Position numbers and translations under genes: made by a program
The notes under the pieces: generated by a model
What the model saw: the letters and a program-made list of their open reading frames with translations, nothing else
What the model was told of the DNA's origin: nothing
Database searches by the model: none
NCBI GenBank assembly: GCA_964539105.1
Contig: CAZIFI010000003.1
Location: 39,202 to 103,201, forward strand
DNA from: an uncultured Anaerolineales bacterium
GTDB lineage: Bacteria > Chloroflexota > Anaerolineae > Anaerolineales > UBA11858
Direction of reading: 5' to 3'
Length of the DNA stretch: 64,000 bases
In this document: piece by piece, positions 17,685 to 29,179 of the stretch
Numbering within the stretch: the stretch's first letter is position 1
Layout of the letters: each line of letters starts with the position of its first letter

Positions 17685-19097
17685 ATGTCCAATCGCTCCC
17701 AACCCCTGTCCTTTCCCCTGAATAAAACGATTGTCATCCTGGCAGCAGCGGCCCTCATTCTGCTGGGGGTTGCGACATTGACCGTCAGCGCTCATAAGCA
17801 GGTCCACCTCATCATCAACGGGAAACAGGAAACGAAATCGACCTTTGCCTTCACCGTAGGTGGATTCCTGCACCAACAGCAGATCCCATGGGACGAAGAG
17901 GATGTGCTTTATCCCCCTCCGCAGCATGTATTGCGGGGGCAGGACACCATCGTCCTTCAAAACGGAAGTCACATCACGGTCCGTGCCGATCAGGAAACGA
18001 CCCGGCTGGTCACCACACAACGCAAGCCAGCCAATATTCTGGCAGAAGGGGACATCCCTCTCTTTCCCCAGGACCGGATCCTGGTCAATAACGAAGCTGT
18101 TGAACCTGACCACGAACTGGCTTATCACCCGCAATACACCATAGACATCGAGCGGGCTACCCCGGTCACCGTGTTTTCCGGAACGGACACAATCCAATTC
18201 ACCACCCACGCTCCTACCCTCGCGCAAGCCCTGTGGGAAGAGGGAATCCCGCTTTACGAAGGAGACCAACTGGTTCCACCCGCCCACACAGAACTGCAGG
18301 GCAAGCCGCTTGATGTTGACCTTCAACGTTCCAGACCGATAAACGTCACCCTGCCAACCCGCACCATGACAGGCCGCACCACAGCGGACACCGTGGGTGG
18401 TGCCCTTGCTGAACTGGGTTTAACCCTTCAAGGCCGGGACTATAGCACACCGGGTGAGGATCAGCCCATCCCATCCTCGGGAAACATTCAGGTAACGCGC
18501 GTTACCGAAGACGTCATCCTGCAACAGGAACCGATACCCTTCACGAACACATATCAGGCCGTCAACGACCTGGAAATAGATCAAAGGAAGATCGTAGAAG
18601 GAGGTCAGTACGGGCTTAAAGCCAGCCGTGTCCGGGTGGTGTATGAAGACGGGGTGGAAAAAGAACGGATCACAGAAAAAGAGTGGACCGCCAAAGAACC
18701 CCAGCCCAGGGTAATTGGCTACGGGACAAAGATCGTCAAGCACACAGAAAACACAAGGGACGGTCAGATTCAGTACTGGCGGAAGATCACCGCTTATGCC
18801 ACGTCATACGATGAAACCTGCCCGGGATGTGATGACACCACTTACAGCGGAGCTCCCCTCAAAAAAGGAAGCATCGCCGTCACGCGGGATTGGTACCAGT
18901 ACATGGCAGGATTGAGGGTTTACATTCCCGGATATGGTTTCGGCCGGATTGAAGACATCGGCGCAGGTGTCGTTGGCGAATACTGGGTTGATTTAGGCTA
19001 CCGCTCCGAAAACTATAAGCCCTGGAATAGAAATGTTGATGTGTATTTCCTGTGGCCTCCCCCTTCAGCCCAGAATATCATGTACGTCCTTTACTGA
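17685..19097 (+). CDS. YabE-like cell-wall protein (DUF348, G5, C-terminal 3D domain)
   Basis: N-terminal TM, then repeated DUF348/G5-like segments. The C-terminal 3D (MltA-like) domain shows YATSYDETCPGCDDTTYSGAPLKKGSIAV...RIEDIGAGV...WVDLG. Start set at MSNRSQ. Confidence 0.8.
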   Translation: MSNRSQPLSFPLNKTIVILAAAALILLGVATLTVSAHKQVHLIINGKQETKSTFAFTVGGFLHQQQIPWDEEDVLYPPPQHVLRGQDTIVLQNGSHITVRADQETTRLVTTQRKPANILAEGDIPLFPQDRILVNNEAVEPDHELAYHPQYTIDIERATPVTVFSGTDTIQFTTHAPTLAQALWEEGIPLYEGDQLVPPAHTELQGKPLDVDLQRSRPINVTLPTRTMTGRTTADTVGGALAELGLTLQGRDYSTPGEDQPIPSSGNIQVTRVTEDVILQQEPIPFTNTYQAVNDLEIDQRKIVEGGQYGLKASRVRVVYEDGVEKERITEKEWTAKEPQPRVIGYGTKIVKHTENTRDGQIQYWRKITAYATSYDETCPGCDDTTYSGAPLKKGSIAVTRDWYQYMAGLRVYIPGYGFGRIEDIGAGVVGEYWVDLGYRSENYKPWNRNVDVYFLWPPPSAQNIMYVLY

Positions 19098-20314
19098 TCC
19101 CCGGCATGACCATACGCTGGAGCATATTGAATCACCCCCCACCGGCCGTTGACCATCCAGCGTGGATCCTCTTCACGGACCCGGTCCACTGTATGCTGCG
19201 AAAGTCCAACAGCAACCTCTGCCTTCAGCGTCCGCAGTGCCAGGGATGGCACGGGGAGGTAATCCACCACCTCCGGAAATGGCGTATGATAAGGCCAATG
19301 CCGGTCCCCGACCAAGCGCCGGTAATTTGCATCGCCTTTGATGATCAGCAGGTCAGCCTCAACCAGTAAATCATGCACATTCTGGGGGTAATGCCAGAAC
19401 TCAAGTGGGGAGTTCCAGAAAAAATGCGGGTGAAGAGTCAGTCTGTTCTCACTCATGTGGTCAGCCAGGCGCCTGCCCAGGAGCGAAACGGGATCCTGGT
19501 CGCTGATGTGCATGGTGCGGAGGGTGTCCGTCACATCGGACTGAATCGCGTCAGACACAAAGGTGGGATGCGCCTTTACGTGAAAGCGCACGTTGTTGAC
19601 ATGCCCCACCGACAGGAGATAATCCGCCAGCGCCAGGTCGTGGACCAGTTCAACGCCCACGTTGTCAATCAGGAAATCAAGCCTTTCCACTTCCGCGGAT
19701 CGAAGGCCGGATAAGGCGGGCAAGCTGTCATCCACCAGGAGATATTCCTGGGCCTCATCCAGCTGGTCGTGATCGGGAGTTTCTTCACCATCTGCCGGCC
19801 ACAGGCTTAAATCCGCCTGATTGCCCCACAAATCAAGGTAGAGCAGGTGCTGCAGTTGGGATCTCGAAGGATTTATCTCGCTAATCCAGCCTTTGATCTG
19901 TTCTGACAGAGGTCGAACCCGGGGAACAGCCTGCCGGATCCCTTTTCCTTTCTGAACTTGAAAAGGGTCCGATCCGCCCTCAAAATACTCCACAGCTTCC
20001 ATGATCCGGCGGTAAAAATAATGTTCCGCAAAGAACCACGGCACCTCCAACCAATTCTGTCCTTCATAAGGTGCGATATAAGACTCCCACTGCTTAAAAT
20101 CCGGCGCGTGATGATTCTCAAGATGGCGGATCGGTCCCTGGGGGATGGTCTCCCGCAGCCTTTGCAGCCGGCTTTCTACAGACGATGGAAAATCATTCTC
20201 AGCCCTCGTCCGTTCCAGGATGTCCGGCAATCGTTCCCGGATGGTTGATTGGGCCCAGGTACCTTCTTCCCTTCCCCGTAGAGGCGTGGGAAGCTGGGTC
20301 TCATCAGGTGTCAT
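19091..20314 (-). CDS. DUF89 / ARMT1-like damage-control phosphatase family protein
   Basis: DUF89 motifs including LWGNQADLSL and an Asp-rich metal-site region. 407 aa. Confidence 0.72.
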   Translation of the reverse strand: MTPDETQLPTPLRGREEGTWAQSTIRERLPDILERTRAENDFPSSVESRLQRLRETIPQGPIRHLENHHAPDFKQWESYIAPYEGQNWLEVPWFFAEHYFYRRIMEAVEYFEGGSDPFQVQKGKGIRQAVPRVRPLSEQIKGWISEINPSRSQLQHLLYLDLWGNQADLSLWPADGEETPDHDQLDEAQEYLLVDDSLPALSGLRSAEVERLDFLIDNVGVELVHDLALADYLLSVGHVNNVRFHVKAHPTFVSDAIQSDVTDTLRTMHISDQDPVSLLGRRLADHMSENRLTLHPHFFWNSPLEFWHYPQNVHDLLVEADLLIIKGDANYRRLVGDRHWPYHTPFPEVVDYLPVPSLALRTLKAEVAVGLSQHTVDRVREEDPRWMVNGRWGVIQYAPAYGHAGDQ

Positions 20315-20403
20315 GTGTGATAAACCTCCAGCTTATTATGCAACACATCTTCATCGTACAGCCTGAAAGAGTGTACCATACAGAGTGTTATAATGAATCC
20401 GCT

Positions 20404-21240
20404 ATGGATGACATTTCACCAATCAACATTTCCTCCTTAATGGAAAAATATCAGATTCGGCCGGACCGCAGTCTGGGCCAAAACTTTCTGGTCAACCCCC
20501 ATGCGCTGGACCGGATCGTAGATGTTGCTGATATCACGCCCCGCGATACCGTGCTGGAGGTTGGCGCAGGCCTGGGCCACCTGACCCGGTATCTTGCAGC
20601 CCAAGCAGCTCAGGTGGTTGCCGTTGAATTCGATCAGAACTTGATTCCCCCCCTGAACGAAGTTCTGGACCGCTATCCCAATGTCACGATTGTGCAGGGA
20701 GATATCCTGTCCCTCGCCCCACAGGACTTGATCCACGAAACCGAATATATTGTCGTTGCCAACATCCCCTATTACATCACCTCCTCCATCATCCGCCACC
20801 TGCTTGAGGCACAACACAAACCGAAGCATGTCGTGCTTACCATCCAGCTCGAGGTGGCCAAACGGATTTGTGCTGTGTCGGGTGATATGAGCGTGCTGGC
20901 CCTCAGTGTCCAGGTGTACGGCGAGCCCTACATCACTTCCCGCATCCCGCGCACCGCATTCCATCCACCTCCCAAAGTGGACTCCGCATCTGTGCGGATT
21001 GACCTCTATCCTGAACCCATCGTTCCTGAAGATCAGATGGACACCTTTTTTCGGCTGGTAAAAGCCGGCTTTCAACACAAGCGGAAGACGCTCCGCAACT
21101 CCCTCTCTGCTGGTATGGGCTGGCCGAAAGATAAAACCGAGCAGCTGCTGGAAGAAGCCGGGATTGACTCCCGGCGGCGGGCAGAAACCCTGGCCCTGCC
21201 GGAATGGATCAATCTCATTTCCACCCATGATAAAATGTGA
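20404..21240 (+). CDS. rsmA: 16S rRNA (adenine1518/1519-N6)-dimethyltransferase RsmA/KsgA
   Basis: LGQNFLVNP, the SAM motif VLEVGAGLGHLT and NIPYYITS motifs. Start at MDDISPIN (20404). The ORF-track start at 20185 is an upstream extension overlapping the divergent gene. Confidence 0.9.
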   Translation: MDDISPINISSLMEKYQIRPDRSLGQNFLVNPHALDRIVDVADITPRDTVLEVGAGLGHLTRYLAAQAAQVVAVEFDQNLIPPLNEVLDRYPNVTIVQGDILSLAPQDLIHETEYIVVANIPYYITSSIIRHLLEAQHKPKHVVLTIQLEVAKRICAVSGDMSVLALSVQVYGEPYITSRIPRTAFHPPPKVDSASVRIDLYPEPIVPEDQMDTFFRLVKAGFQHKRKTLRNSLSAGMGWPKDKTEQLLEEAGIDSRRRAETLALPEWINLISTHDKM

Positions 21241-21273
21241 ATAACACCACATAACGCTTAGAAAGGACCCACC

Positions 21274-22377
21274 ATGACAGATCCCCGAAACAAGAAATTA
21301 GCCAATCTCCTTGTGAATTATTCCGTTGCCATCCAACCCGGAGATTGGGTCTACGTAAAAGGCAACACAGCAGCCGAACCTCTGGCCGTTGAAGTCAAGC
21401 GGGCCATCCTCGAAGCCGGCGGTCTGCCCACAATCATCCTGGAATCGGACGCCCGGGAAGAAACCCGCTACCGGTATGCGGATACGGATCAGCTGGAATG
21501 GATTTCTCCCACAACCCAGCTGATGTACGATGAGGTGGATGCTCTCATCAACCTGAGGGCCACGGAGAACACACGATCCCTTTCCGGCATTGATCCCAGC
21601 AAGCAGCAAATCCGGAAAAAAGCCCGGCGGGACCTGCTGGCAACCTATATGAAACGGTCTGCAGAAGGAGATCTAAAGTGGGTTTTGACCCAGTATCCCT
21701 GCCCGGCCTATGCCCAGGAAGCGGACATGAGCCTGGCCGAATATGAGGACTTTGTTTATCAGGCCACCTTTGTCAACCGGGATGATCCCGTAGCAGCCTG
21801 GCAGGAGGTGCATGAGGAACAACAAAAAGTGGTGGACTGGCTGAAAGGAAAGGATCAGGTCGAAGTTCGCAGTCCCAATGTGGACCTGACCCTATCCATT
21901 GCGGGCCGGACCTTCATCAACTCGGATGGAAAGCACAACATGCCCAGCGGGGAGGTGTTTACCGGTCCCGTTGAAGATTCCGCTAACGGCTGGGTTGAAT
22001 TCACATATCCGGCCATTGAGAGCGGCCGGGAGGTATCCGGTGTGCGTCTGGAATTCGAAGAGGGGAAGGTCGTTCACGCCAGCGCCAAGAAAAATGAGGA
22101 GTTTTTGCTCTCTCAGCTCGACAGCGATGACGGTGCCCGGTATCTGGGGGAATTCGCCATCGGCACAAATTACGGCATCCAACAGTTCACGAAAAGCATC
22201 CTGTATGATGAAAAGATCGGGGGTTCCTTCCACCTGGCCGTCGGTGCCGGATACCCAGAAACAGGAAGCAAAAACAAATCCAGCATTCACTGGGATTTCA
22301 TCTGTGATATCAAAAATGACAGTGAAATACGGGTGGACGGCGAAGTGCTCTACAAGGACGGAGAATTTCAGATTTAA
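21274..22377 (+). CDS. Aminopeptidase, M29 family (AmpS/PepS-like)
   Basis: Full-length similarity to thermophilic M29 aminopeptidases (NLLVNYSV, PSGEVFTGP, YLGEFAIGTN, SSIHWDF). Confidence 0.9.
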   Translation: MTDPRNKKLANLLVNYSVAIQPGDWVYVKGNTAAEPLAVEVKRAILEAGGLPTIILESDAREETRYRYADTDQLEWISPTTQLMYDEVDALINLRATENTRSLSGIDPSKQQIRKKARRDLLATYMKRSAEGDLKWVLTQYPCPAYAQEADMSLAEYEDFVYQATFVNRDDPVAAWQEVHEEQQKVVDWLKGKDQVEVRSPNVDLTLSIAGRTFINSDGKHNMPSGEVFTGPVEDSANGWVEFTYPAIESGREVSGVRLEFEEGKVVHASAKKNEEFLLSQLDSDDGARYLGEFAIGTNYGIQQFTKSILYDEKIGGSFHLAVGAGYPETGSKNKSSIHWDFICDIKNDSEIRVDGEVLYKDGEFQI

Positions 22378-22468
22378 CCCGGAGCACTACCAATTAAGGC
22401 TCGAAAGGTGTCAAAGACCTTTTGAGCTTTATTGCTTTAATCCGGACATGTCAGAAAGAGGATGAAGC

Positions 22469-24295
22469 TCACGACCTGCCGCTTTTGTGGGTCATATGCT
22501 TTGTTTCTTCCACATAATCCAGACTTTGATGACGGAAATAGGTGTTATACAGGTTTGCGTAATGTCCACCCGCTTCCAGCAGGCTTTCATGGTCTCCTTC
22601 CTCGATGATTTTTCCTTCCTCCAGAACCACAATCCGGTCTGCTGACTTGACCGTGGACAGGCGGTGGGCGATCAAGATGCTCGTGCTGTCTCTGAGAACC
22701 AGATCCAGGGCCTGTTGAATTTGCCATTCTGTAAAGGGATCAATGCTGGCGGTCGCTTCATCGAGGATAAAGATCGCCGGTTTCTCCGCCAGCACGCGCA
22801 GCAGGGCCACCAGCTGCCGCTGCCCCATGGACAATTGTCCTCCCCGTTCCCCTACCTCGGTCTCTAAACCGCCGGGCAGGGTTGCCAACCAGTCGCCTTC
22901 CCCGATTTCCATCGCCAGAGAGCGGATTTGATTTATCCCCATGTCCCGATTGGCGTAACGGATATTTTCAGCAATCGTGCCCGAAAACAAGAAAGGCACC
23001 TGGGAAATCATCCCCAGCTGGTCGCGGTAGGCTCGGAGATCCAGATCTCGAATATCATAATCATCGATCAAGATGGAACCGGATTGGAATTCATAAAAGC
23101 GGGCAATCAATTTGGCAATGGAGGATTTTCCAGCGCCAGTGTGCCCTACAAGTGCCACGCTCTCCCCGGGTTCGATGGACAGGTCAAAATCACGGAAAAC
23201 CCATTCATCCTTCTTATACTGAAAATTTAAGTCCGTGATGGTGACCCGGCCCGAGAGCCTCTCGGGTTCAATGTCATCGTTCTGAACCACTTCCGGTTCT
23301 GCATCGATCAATGCAAAGACCCGCTCCGAAGCCGACAGACCCTGCTGGATCTGGGCCCAGAAAGCTGACAAGTTGAGGACAGGGAAGAAAAAGCGATCTA
23401 AGCTGACCAGGAATAAATACCATGACCCGACTGTGACCACGCCTTGAGCTGCGTTCAACCCTCCTACATAGACCAGCATGGCTGTCCCCACACCGCCCAG
23501 GGCATTGAGGGCCGGAAAGACCAGGGATAAGACAAAGCCACGCTGTACATTCATGTGGTAAGAATCCTGGTTGGATTCATCAAAGTCCTCAAAGATGGCC
23601 TGTTCTTGACGGAAGTTTTTGGCCACCGCGATGCCGCTGATGGTCTCCTTGATGGTGGCATTAACTTTTGCCATGGCCCGCATCCCTTCACGCGTCACTT
23701 TACGGGCGATCCTGCGAAATCCAAGGGCGACAAAAAATAACAGGGGTAAAAACCCGATCACATACACAAAAAGTCGGAACTCGATCCGGGCCAGGACTAC
23801 CCCCAAAATCAGGGCCTGGGTCAGTTGAGACATCAAGTCCGTCATCAAGACGATTAAATTCCCAAATTCACGTGTATCGGACGTGGTCCGGGACACCACC
23901 CGGCCCGATGAAAATTTGTCGTAGAAAGACATGTCATGATTGGCCGCCGATCGAAAGGCATCGATGCGCAAGGTCATCACCACATCTGAAATAACGCGGA
24001 TGGATAATCGACGACGGAACCAGTTCGCCCCCCAGGTCACCACACCACTTAGAAAAACCAATCCCACCAACCACAAAACGGTTTCATCCTGCGCATTCCT
24101 GGATAGGCGGTCGATCCCATCAGAGACCAGAATGGGCAAAGCCGCCCCGGATCCCGCCACCGCAGCGATCAACAGCGCTGTCCACAGGAGCCGGATCCCG
24201 TGGGGCTTCAAATAGTTCAGGATGCGCGATACGAGCTCGCGGTCCTGATACTCCCGATCATACTCTTCCGTATCTAGTGATGAAAAAAATCCCAT
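22469..24295 (-). CDS. ABC exporter, fused permease/ATPase (type I exporter half-transporter)
   Basis: Six-TM domain followed by an NBD with Walker A GHTGAGKSS, signature LSMGQRQ and Walker B ILDEATAS. Confidence 0.9.
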   Translation of the reverse strand: MGFFSSLDTEEYDREYQDRELVSRILNYLKPHGIRLLWTALLIAAVAGSGAALPILVSDGIDRLSRNAQDETVLWLVGLVFLSGVVTWGANWFRRRLSIRVISDVVMTLRIDAFRSAANHDMSFYDKFSSGRVVSRTTSDTREFGNLIVLMTDLMSQLTQALILGVVLARIEFRLFVYVIGFLPLLFFVALGFRRIARKVTREGMRAMAKVNATIKETISGIAVAKNFRQEQAIFEDFDESNQDSYHMNVQRGFVLSLVFPALNALGGVGTAMLVYVGGLNAAQGVVTVGSWYLFLVSLDRFFFPVLNLSAFWAQIQQGLSASERVFALIDAEPEVVQNDDIEPERLSGRVTITDLNFQYKKDEWVFRDFDLSIEPGESVALVGHTGAGKSSIAKLIARFYEFQSGSILIDDYDIRDLDLRAYRDQLGMISQVPFLFSGTIAENIRYANRDMGINQIRSLAMEIGEGDWLATLPGGLETEVGERGGQLSMGQRQLVALLRVLAEKPAIFILDEATASIDPFTEWQIQQALDLVLRDSTSILIAHRLSTVKSADRIVVLEEGKIIEEGDHESLLEAGGHYANLYNTYFRHQSLDYVEETKHMTHKSGRS

Positions 24296-24357
24296 AAGGC
24301 TATACCAGTTTATCTAAATTCACCTGCTGTGATACCGGCCCAACCCATCCACCCCGG

Positions 24358-26223
24358 TTACTCACTGAAAATGCGGCGGTAGGCCGGCGAGGTCTCCATC
24401 AAATCATCATGGGTGCCGGAGGCCACGACCTTCCCTTTGCGAAGGACAAGGATGTGATCAGCCCAGCGAATTTGGGATAAGCGGTGGGTGATGATCAGCG
24501 TAGTCCGGCCTTCCGCGGCTGCAAAAATTGCCCGCTGGATATCATCTTCCGTTTCACTGTCAATGGAACTGGTGGAATCGTCCAGGATCAGGATGCGGGG
24601 ATCGGTTAAGAAAGCCCGCGCCAAAGCCAGCCGCTGACGTTGGCCGCCCGAGAGGGTCACCCCGCGCTCGCCCAGTTCAGTCTCATAGCCATTTTTAAAA
24701 GATAGAATGAATTCATGCGCCTGGGCATATTTTGCGGCTTCCTCAATTTCCGCCTGGGTGGCATCCGGCCGGCCAAAGGCGATGTTTTCTGCAATCGTAT
24801 CCGAAAAGAGGAAGATATCCTGTTCGATAATCGAAATTTGCCGTCTGAGTGCTTCCAAATTCCAATCCCTGACATCCACACCGTCCACCCGTACTCCCCC
24901 GTCGCTGACATCATAGGTGCGATTGACCAATTTCGCCAGCGTGGTTTTACCCGACCCCGTCTGACCCACAACGGCCACGGTTTCTCCCGGTTGAATGCTG
25001 AAGTCAATGTCAATCAGGGATAAATCATCCTCTGGATAAGCAAAATCTACATGCGCGAAAGTTAACTGCCCTTCCATGGGCTGATCATAACCTTCCACAT
25101 TTTGATCCAACTCAGTTTCTTTGTTGATCAACTCCAGAATCCTGCGCGCTCCCGCCACCCCTAAGGAAACCTGGGAATAAGCAAACAAAGATACAAAAGT
25201 CGGGAAACGGAAAAGAAGCAAAAGCCCGAAATATCCTACAATATCTCCCACCTGGATGGCTCCGGCCCGGAATAAGATAATGGCATGCACCAAACCTGCA
25301 CCTTGAGCCAGGCCCATTAAGAGCAAGGGTATGAAACGCGCCTCCACGTCCCCCTGGTGTACCCGCCGGTCACGAAACTGGCGTGCATTTTCGGCAAAGC
25401 GATTGACCTCTTCCCTTTCATTTGCCATCCCTTTCACAGTTTCAATACCGTCTACGGCTTCCGCCAGTCTTGTGTTCAGGTTTCCAAACGCTTTGCGGAC
25501 GGCGTCTGAGATCGGGCGCAGCTCATACAGATACTGCCACAGGGCAACCAAGTACAGCACAAGGAAAGCCAAGGGTGTGATCACCAGAGCAGGATGATAC
25601 TGCAGGGAGAATATGATGGGCATAAAGATAAAGTTGATGGATCCCACCACCAGGTTCAACCCGGGACTGAACATAAAATTGATCTCCCGGACATCGTTTG
25701 TGGCCCGGGCCATGACATCACCCACCGGCTGCAAACTATGATAGGTCATACTCTTTCCGAGTAAGTTTGTGTACAACTCATGCCGGATATCCCGCTCCAT
25801 GCGCTGTCCAGTGAGTTCAGCGCTGAAGTTCCGCCCCAGCTGTAGCACACCGCGGATAAATTGCGTCACCAGAATCAAAATGGCATACCGACCCAAAAGA
25901 TCCACTGCCGGAGGCTGCTGGAGCAGTGCATCCAGCGCCTGTCCGATATAAATCGGCACCACAGCCGCCAGGGCAGCATTGCCGACCGCACCCGCAAGCA
26001 TCCCAAGACCCAGGTACCAGTAGCGGACGGCATGGGCCAGAATCCAGGACACGGGTCCAGAACGAGCATCCCGAACCCGGTCGGGTACTTGTTTTTCCTC
26101 AGGTAAGGTAAATTCTGAGATCTGACCAGCTGTCTCTGCCATATTATGTGTCAAAATCCTCTCTAAACGCTGCCTGGTCTGCCCAGCAGCGCTGTATCGT
26201 TCCATATCATCGTTGGCGATCAC
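24358..26223 (-). CDS. ABC exporter, fused permease/ATPase (partner half-transporter)
   Basis: TMD followed by an NBD with Walker [10 protein letters not shown], signature LSGGQRQ and Walker B ILDDSTSS. Co-oriented with the adjacent exporter, as a likely heterodimer. Confidence 0.9.
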   Translation of the reverse strand: MIANDDMERYSAAGQTRQRLERILTHNMAETAGQISEFTLPEEKQVPDRVRDARSGPVSWILAHAVRYWYLGLGMLAGAVGNAALAAVVPIYIGQALDALLQQPPAVDLLGRYAILILVTQFIRGVLQLGRNFSAELTGQRMERDIRHELYTNLLGKSMTYHSLQPVGDVMARATNDVREINFMFSPGLNLVVGSINFIFMPIIFSLQYHPALVITPLAFLVLYLVALWQYLYELRPISDAVRKAFGNLNTRLAEAVDGIETVKGMANEREEVNRFAENARQFRDRRVHQGDVEARFIPLLLMGLAQGAGLVHAIILFRAGAIQVGDIVGYFGLLLLFRFPTFVSLFAYSQVSLGVAGARRILELINKETELDQNVEGYDQPMEGQLTFAHVDFAYPEDDLSLIDIDFSIQPGETVAVVGQTGSGKTTLAKLVNRTYDVSDGGVRVDGVDVRDWNLEALRRQISIIEQDIFLFSDTIAENIAFGRPDATQAEIEEAAKYAQAHEFILSFKNGYETELGERGVTLSGGQRQRLALARAFLTDPRILILDDSTSSIDSETEDDIQRAIFAAAEGRTTLIITHRLSQIRWADHILVLRKGKVVASGTHDDLMETSPAYRRIFSE

Positions 26224-26368
26224 GGTACCGTACAGCGAGCCAGGACTGGAATCGGCACCGCATGCACACCGGCTCCGCTACAATCGGTCTGCCGGGTCAC
26301 TTCTGGCATTGTACACGATAGCTGCTGTTTTCGATAGATGGATGAAACCTGCTTTTCACTTCCCGATC

Positions 26369-27790
26369 TCAATCTGGATTTTGCTCCCCCAATCCCAGTG
26401 AGGCAGCGTAATCCAGCGCCTCTTTTCGAGATGAAATGCGGCCCAGAGCCTGTTCTTCCCGCAGCTTGTCTAACACCTCTCCGATCTCCGGACCGGGTGC
26501 CAGGCCAAAAGCTTCCATCAGGTCATGGCCATCGACCAACAGGGGGGGAGAGATGATTTCATCATGTTTTTCCCACCAGGCTTCCAGGCACGCTCTGGCC
26601 GCATTTAATAAACAGGGCCAAGAATCAAGGGGGGACGCTGTCCCATGATGGGCCAGAAGATCCGCCAGGGAGAGAAAGATACCATCCACTCCTTCTTGAC
26701 CGAAATCCAGAAAATAGCGGTATACCGCTTTTGGTGGCGGGGGATCCTCCCCTTGACGATAATCCCGGAAATTACTGAAGGCATGCAGCATGCGGTCCAC
26801 ACGATGAATCTCTTCATTGCTCAAACGCAGCATGGCTGCGGCCTCTTTGGCATCCTGGCGGGCGGACTGCACGGACAGCAGGTCCACATGCCGGGGCACG
26901 AAAAGGGCTGCGAAGGCCACCAGAGAGGATAGATTTCGTCCCGGCACGAGCATCCTCGCCCTGTATTCCCCGATCTGGCTGCGGTACCGGCCCAGCTTCA
27001 GAACTGCCAGGCCCATGGCCCAGCTCGCGGCTGCTTCCGGATCATGTTCCTCACCGAGTAAACCCCACAGTTGCTCTAAATACCTTACAATCCGCTGCTG
27101 GAAACTGGAAAGGGGAGCATATCCCGGCAGGACATGTGGCAGCAGATCCATCACAGAAAGAGCTTTCAGCCCTGCCGATCGATTCGGCCCCTCCAGGATG
27201 CGAAAGAATTCATCCCGCCGGCGTTCCGGGGATATCTGTTGCAAATGATCTTTTGCTTCTGTGATGAGCGTTTTCGTACGCTTCGTAATCCGGAAGTCAT
27301 ATTGGGCAGCCATTCTCACCGCCCGCAGCACCCGCAGCGGATCATCACGCAAAGCCTGATCTGTACAGGCTCGCAGGATCCCTTTCTGCAGATCGGAGAT
27401 CCCTCCCAGAGGATCAATCAAGCGCTGGGGTTGATCCACAGACACGGCCATAGCGGTGATTGTAAAATCCCGGGCCCGGAGGTCCTCTTCAATCCCTGCC
27501 CCCTGAAAGGTCGTAAAATCCAGCATATAGCGTTGATTATCACCACTATACACGATGGTTCGGGCCGCTTCCCGCTCTTCGTCCAGGATGTAAAAAGCAC
27601 CCCCCAGGGAATCCGCAGCTTTCCGGGCCATGGGGATGCTATCGGCGGGCACGGAAAAATCCAAATCGCGCGTTTCGAAACCCAAAACCGCGTCGCGCAC
27701 CGCACCTCCCACCAGATACACTTCGGAGGAAGGAAAAAGTGTTTGAATTTTTTCAAACAAAGGAGGAAACGAAAGGGAGGCAGACATCAT
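26369..27790 (-). CDS. cca: tRNA nucleotidyltransferase (CCA-adding enzyme) / poly(A) polymerase family
   Basis: Pol-beta NTase head motif LVGGAVRDAVLG..RDLDF and a tRNA-NT body. Start set at MMSASLSF. Confidence 0.82.
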   Translation of the reverse strand: MMSASLSFPPLFEKIQTLFPSSEVYLVGGAVRDAVLGFETRDLDFSVPADSIPMARKAADSLGGAFYILDEEREAARTIVYSGDNQRYMLDFTTFQGAGIEEDLRARDFTITAMAVSVDQPQRLIDPLGGISDLQKGILRACTDQALRDDPLRVLRAVRMAAQYDFRITKRTKTLITEAKDHLQQISPERRRDEFFRILEGPNRSAGLKALSVMDLLPHVLPGYAPLSSFQQRIVRYLEQLWGLLGEEHDPEAAASWAMGLAVLKLGRYRSQIGEYRARMLVPGRNLSSLVAFAALFVPRHVDLLSVQSARQDAKEAAAMLRLSNEEIHRVDRMLHAFSNFRDYRQGEDPPPPKAVYRYFLDFGQEGVDGIFLSLADLLAHHGTASPLDSWPCLLNAARACLEAWWEKHDEIISPPLLVDGHDLMEAFGLAPGPEIGEVLDKLREEQALGRISSRKEALDYAASLGLGEQNPD

Positions 27791-27934
27791 TCTTATACCC
27801 AAGTAAGTCCATGTGTCACAATCAAAGGAAAAGAAGTGGTTTCCACCGGGATGATGACAGGTAGGGATCGTGGGACACAACAGGTTCGAAATCTCAAGTC
27901 AATCCCTTTTCCTGCCTCAGGGTTCAAGGAAGGT

Positions 27935-28492
27935 TCACTTGGGCGGTGTATAGCGCTCCTCATTGACCACACCGATGAAGGGAAGTTCCCGGTAAAATTC
28001 ATCCAGGTCCAGGCCATATCCAAAGACAAATTTATTGGATATCTCAAACCCCACGTAATCCAAGGGCACATCCACTTCGCGCCGTTCCACCTTATCCAGC
28101 AGCGTGCATACCTGCAAAGTGGCTGGCCGCCGGGTAGCCAGCAGCTCAAGCACCGAGTTGAGGGTATTTCCGCTGTCCACAATATCCTCCACCAGAAGCA
28201 CATTGCGTCCCCGGATGTCGTCCTGCAGGTCCATCGTCAGCCGCACATCCCCCGAAGAGGTACGATCACCCACGCCATAGGAAGATATGGCCATGAAATC
28301 AATCGAGTGAGGAACGGTGATTTCCCGCATCAGGTCCGTCAAAAACATCACACCCCCTTTCAAAATACAAACAAGATGCAGGTCTTCTCCAGCGAAGTCC
28401 TGGCTGATGACCTCACCCAGCTCAACTACTTTATCCTTTACCTCCGCCTCGGTGAGCAGGACTTCCTTCAAAAATTCATGATAAGTCTGCAT
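27935..28492 (-). CDS. hpt: Hypoxanthine-guanine phosphoribosyltransferase
   Basis: PRPP-binding motif VLLVEDIVDSGNTL and the LKGG flexible loop. Confidence 0.9.
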   Translation of the reverse strand: MQTYHEFLKEVLLTEAEVKDKVVELGEVISQDFAGEDLHLVCILKGGVMFLTDLMREITVPHSIDFMAISSYGVGDRTSSGDVRLTMDLQDDIRGRNVLLVEDIVDSGNTLNSVLELLATRRPATLQVCTLLDKVERREVDVPLDYVGFEISNKFVFGYGLDLDEFYRELPFIGVVNEERYTPPK

Positions 28493-28495
28493 GGT

Positions 28496-29080
28496 TTATT
28501 CTTCCTTTTTACTGCGGGGGACTTCGTGATGTTCTCGGCAGCGGGCTTCGTACATTTCTGAAGCCCCCACGATGATCACCGGATCATCATAATCCGCCGG
28601 TTCCCCGTTTACCAATCGCTGTGTTCGTGTTGCCGGTTCACCACATTCCATACAAATCGCGTACAATTTATCCACCTCTTCTGCCTGGGCCAGCAATGTC
28701 GGCATCTGGCCGAAGGGTTCACCCCGGAAATCCATATCCAGGCCAGCCACAATCACCCGTACACCGCGCTCGACTAACTCCTGGCACACCGGGACCAGCC
28801 CCTCATCAAAAAATTGGGCCTCGTCAATTGCTGCTACAGTGACCTCTTCCGACGTGCGCTGCAGTATCTCAGAAGCGTTTTCGACCGGGATGGCGTCAAA
28901 CTCATTTCCGGCGTGGGAAATCACTTTTTCCCGCTCGTAACGGACATCAAACCCCGGTTTAAACACGAGCACATTTTGTTTGGCAATCGTTGCCCGGCGC
29001 AGCCTGCGGATCATTTCATCTGTCTTGCCACAAAACATGGGGCCTGTAATGACTTCCATTCGCCCCTGGTGGTGTATCAT
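28496..29080 (-). CDS. tdk: Thymidine kinase
   Basis: Walker [10 protein letters not shown] and zinc-ribbon cysteines (CMECGEPA...). Its start lies 4 nt downstream of the hpt stop on the same strand. Confidence 0.9.
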   Translation of the reverse strand: MIHHQGRMEVITGPMFCGKTDEMIRRLRRATIAKQNVLVFKPGFDVRYEREKVISHAGNEFDAIPVENASEILQRTSEEVTVAAIDEAQFFDEGLVPVCQELVERGVRVIVAGLDMDFRGEPFGQMPTLLAQAEEVDKLYAICMECGEPATRTQRLVNGEPADYDDPVIIVGASEMYEARCREHHEVPRSKKEE

Positions 29081-29179
29081 AATCGTTTTCCCTCTCCCTT
29101 GATTCGCCTTGGCCCAAAAATAAAAAACAGGCAGATAATAATCTGCCTGTATTTTATCAGAGAATGTGTTCGGCGATGA

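Noticed and set aside
20185-20403. Long N-terminal extension of the ksgA ORF (ORF-track start 20185)
   Set aside because: The extension overlaps the divergent DUF89 gene and has no KsgA homology. Conserved KsgA begins at MDDISPIN (20404).
27134-28561. 475-aa ORF on the plus strand
   Set aside because: Antisense to the well-supported cca, hpt and tdk genes. Low-complexity composition and no motifs.
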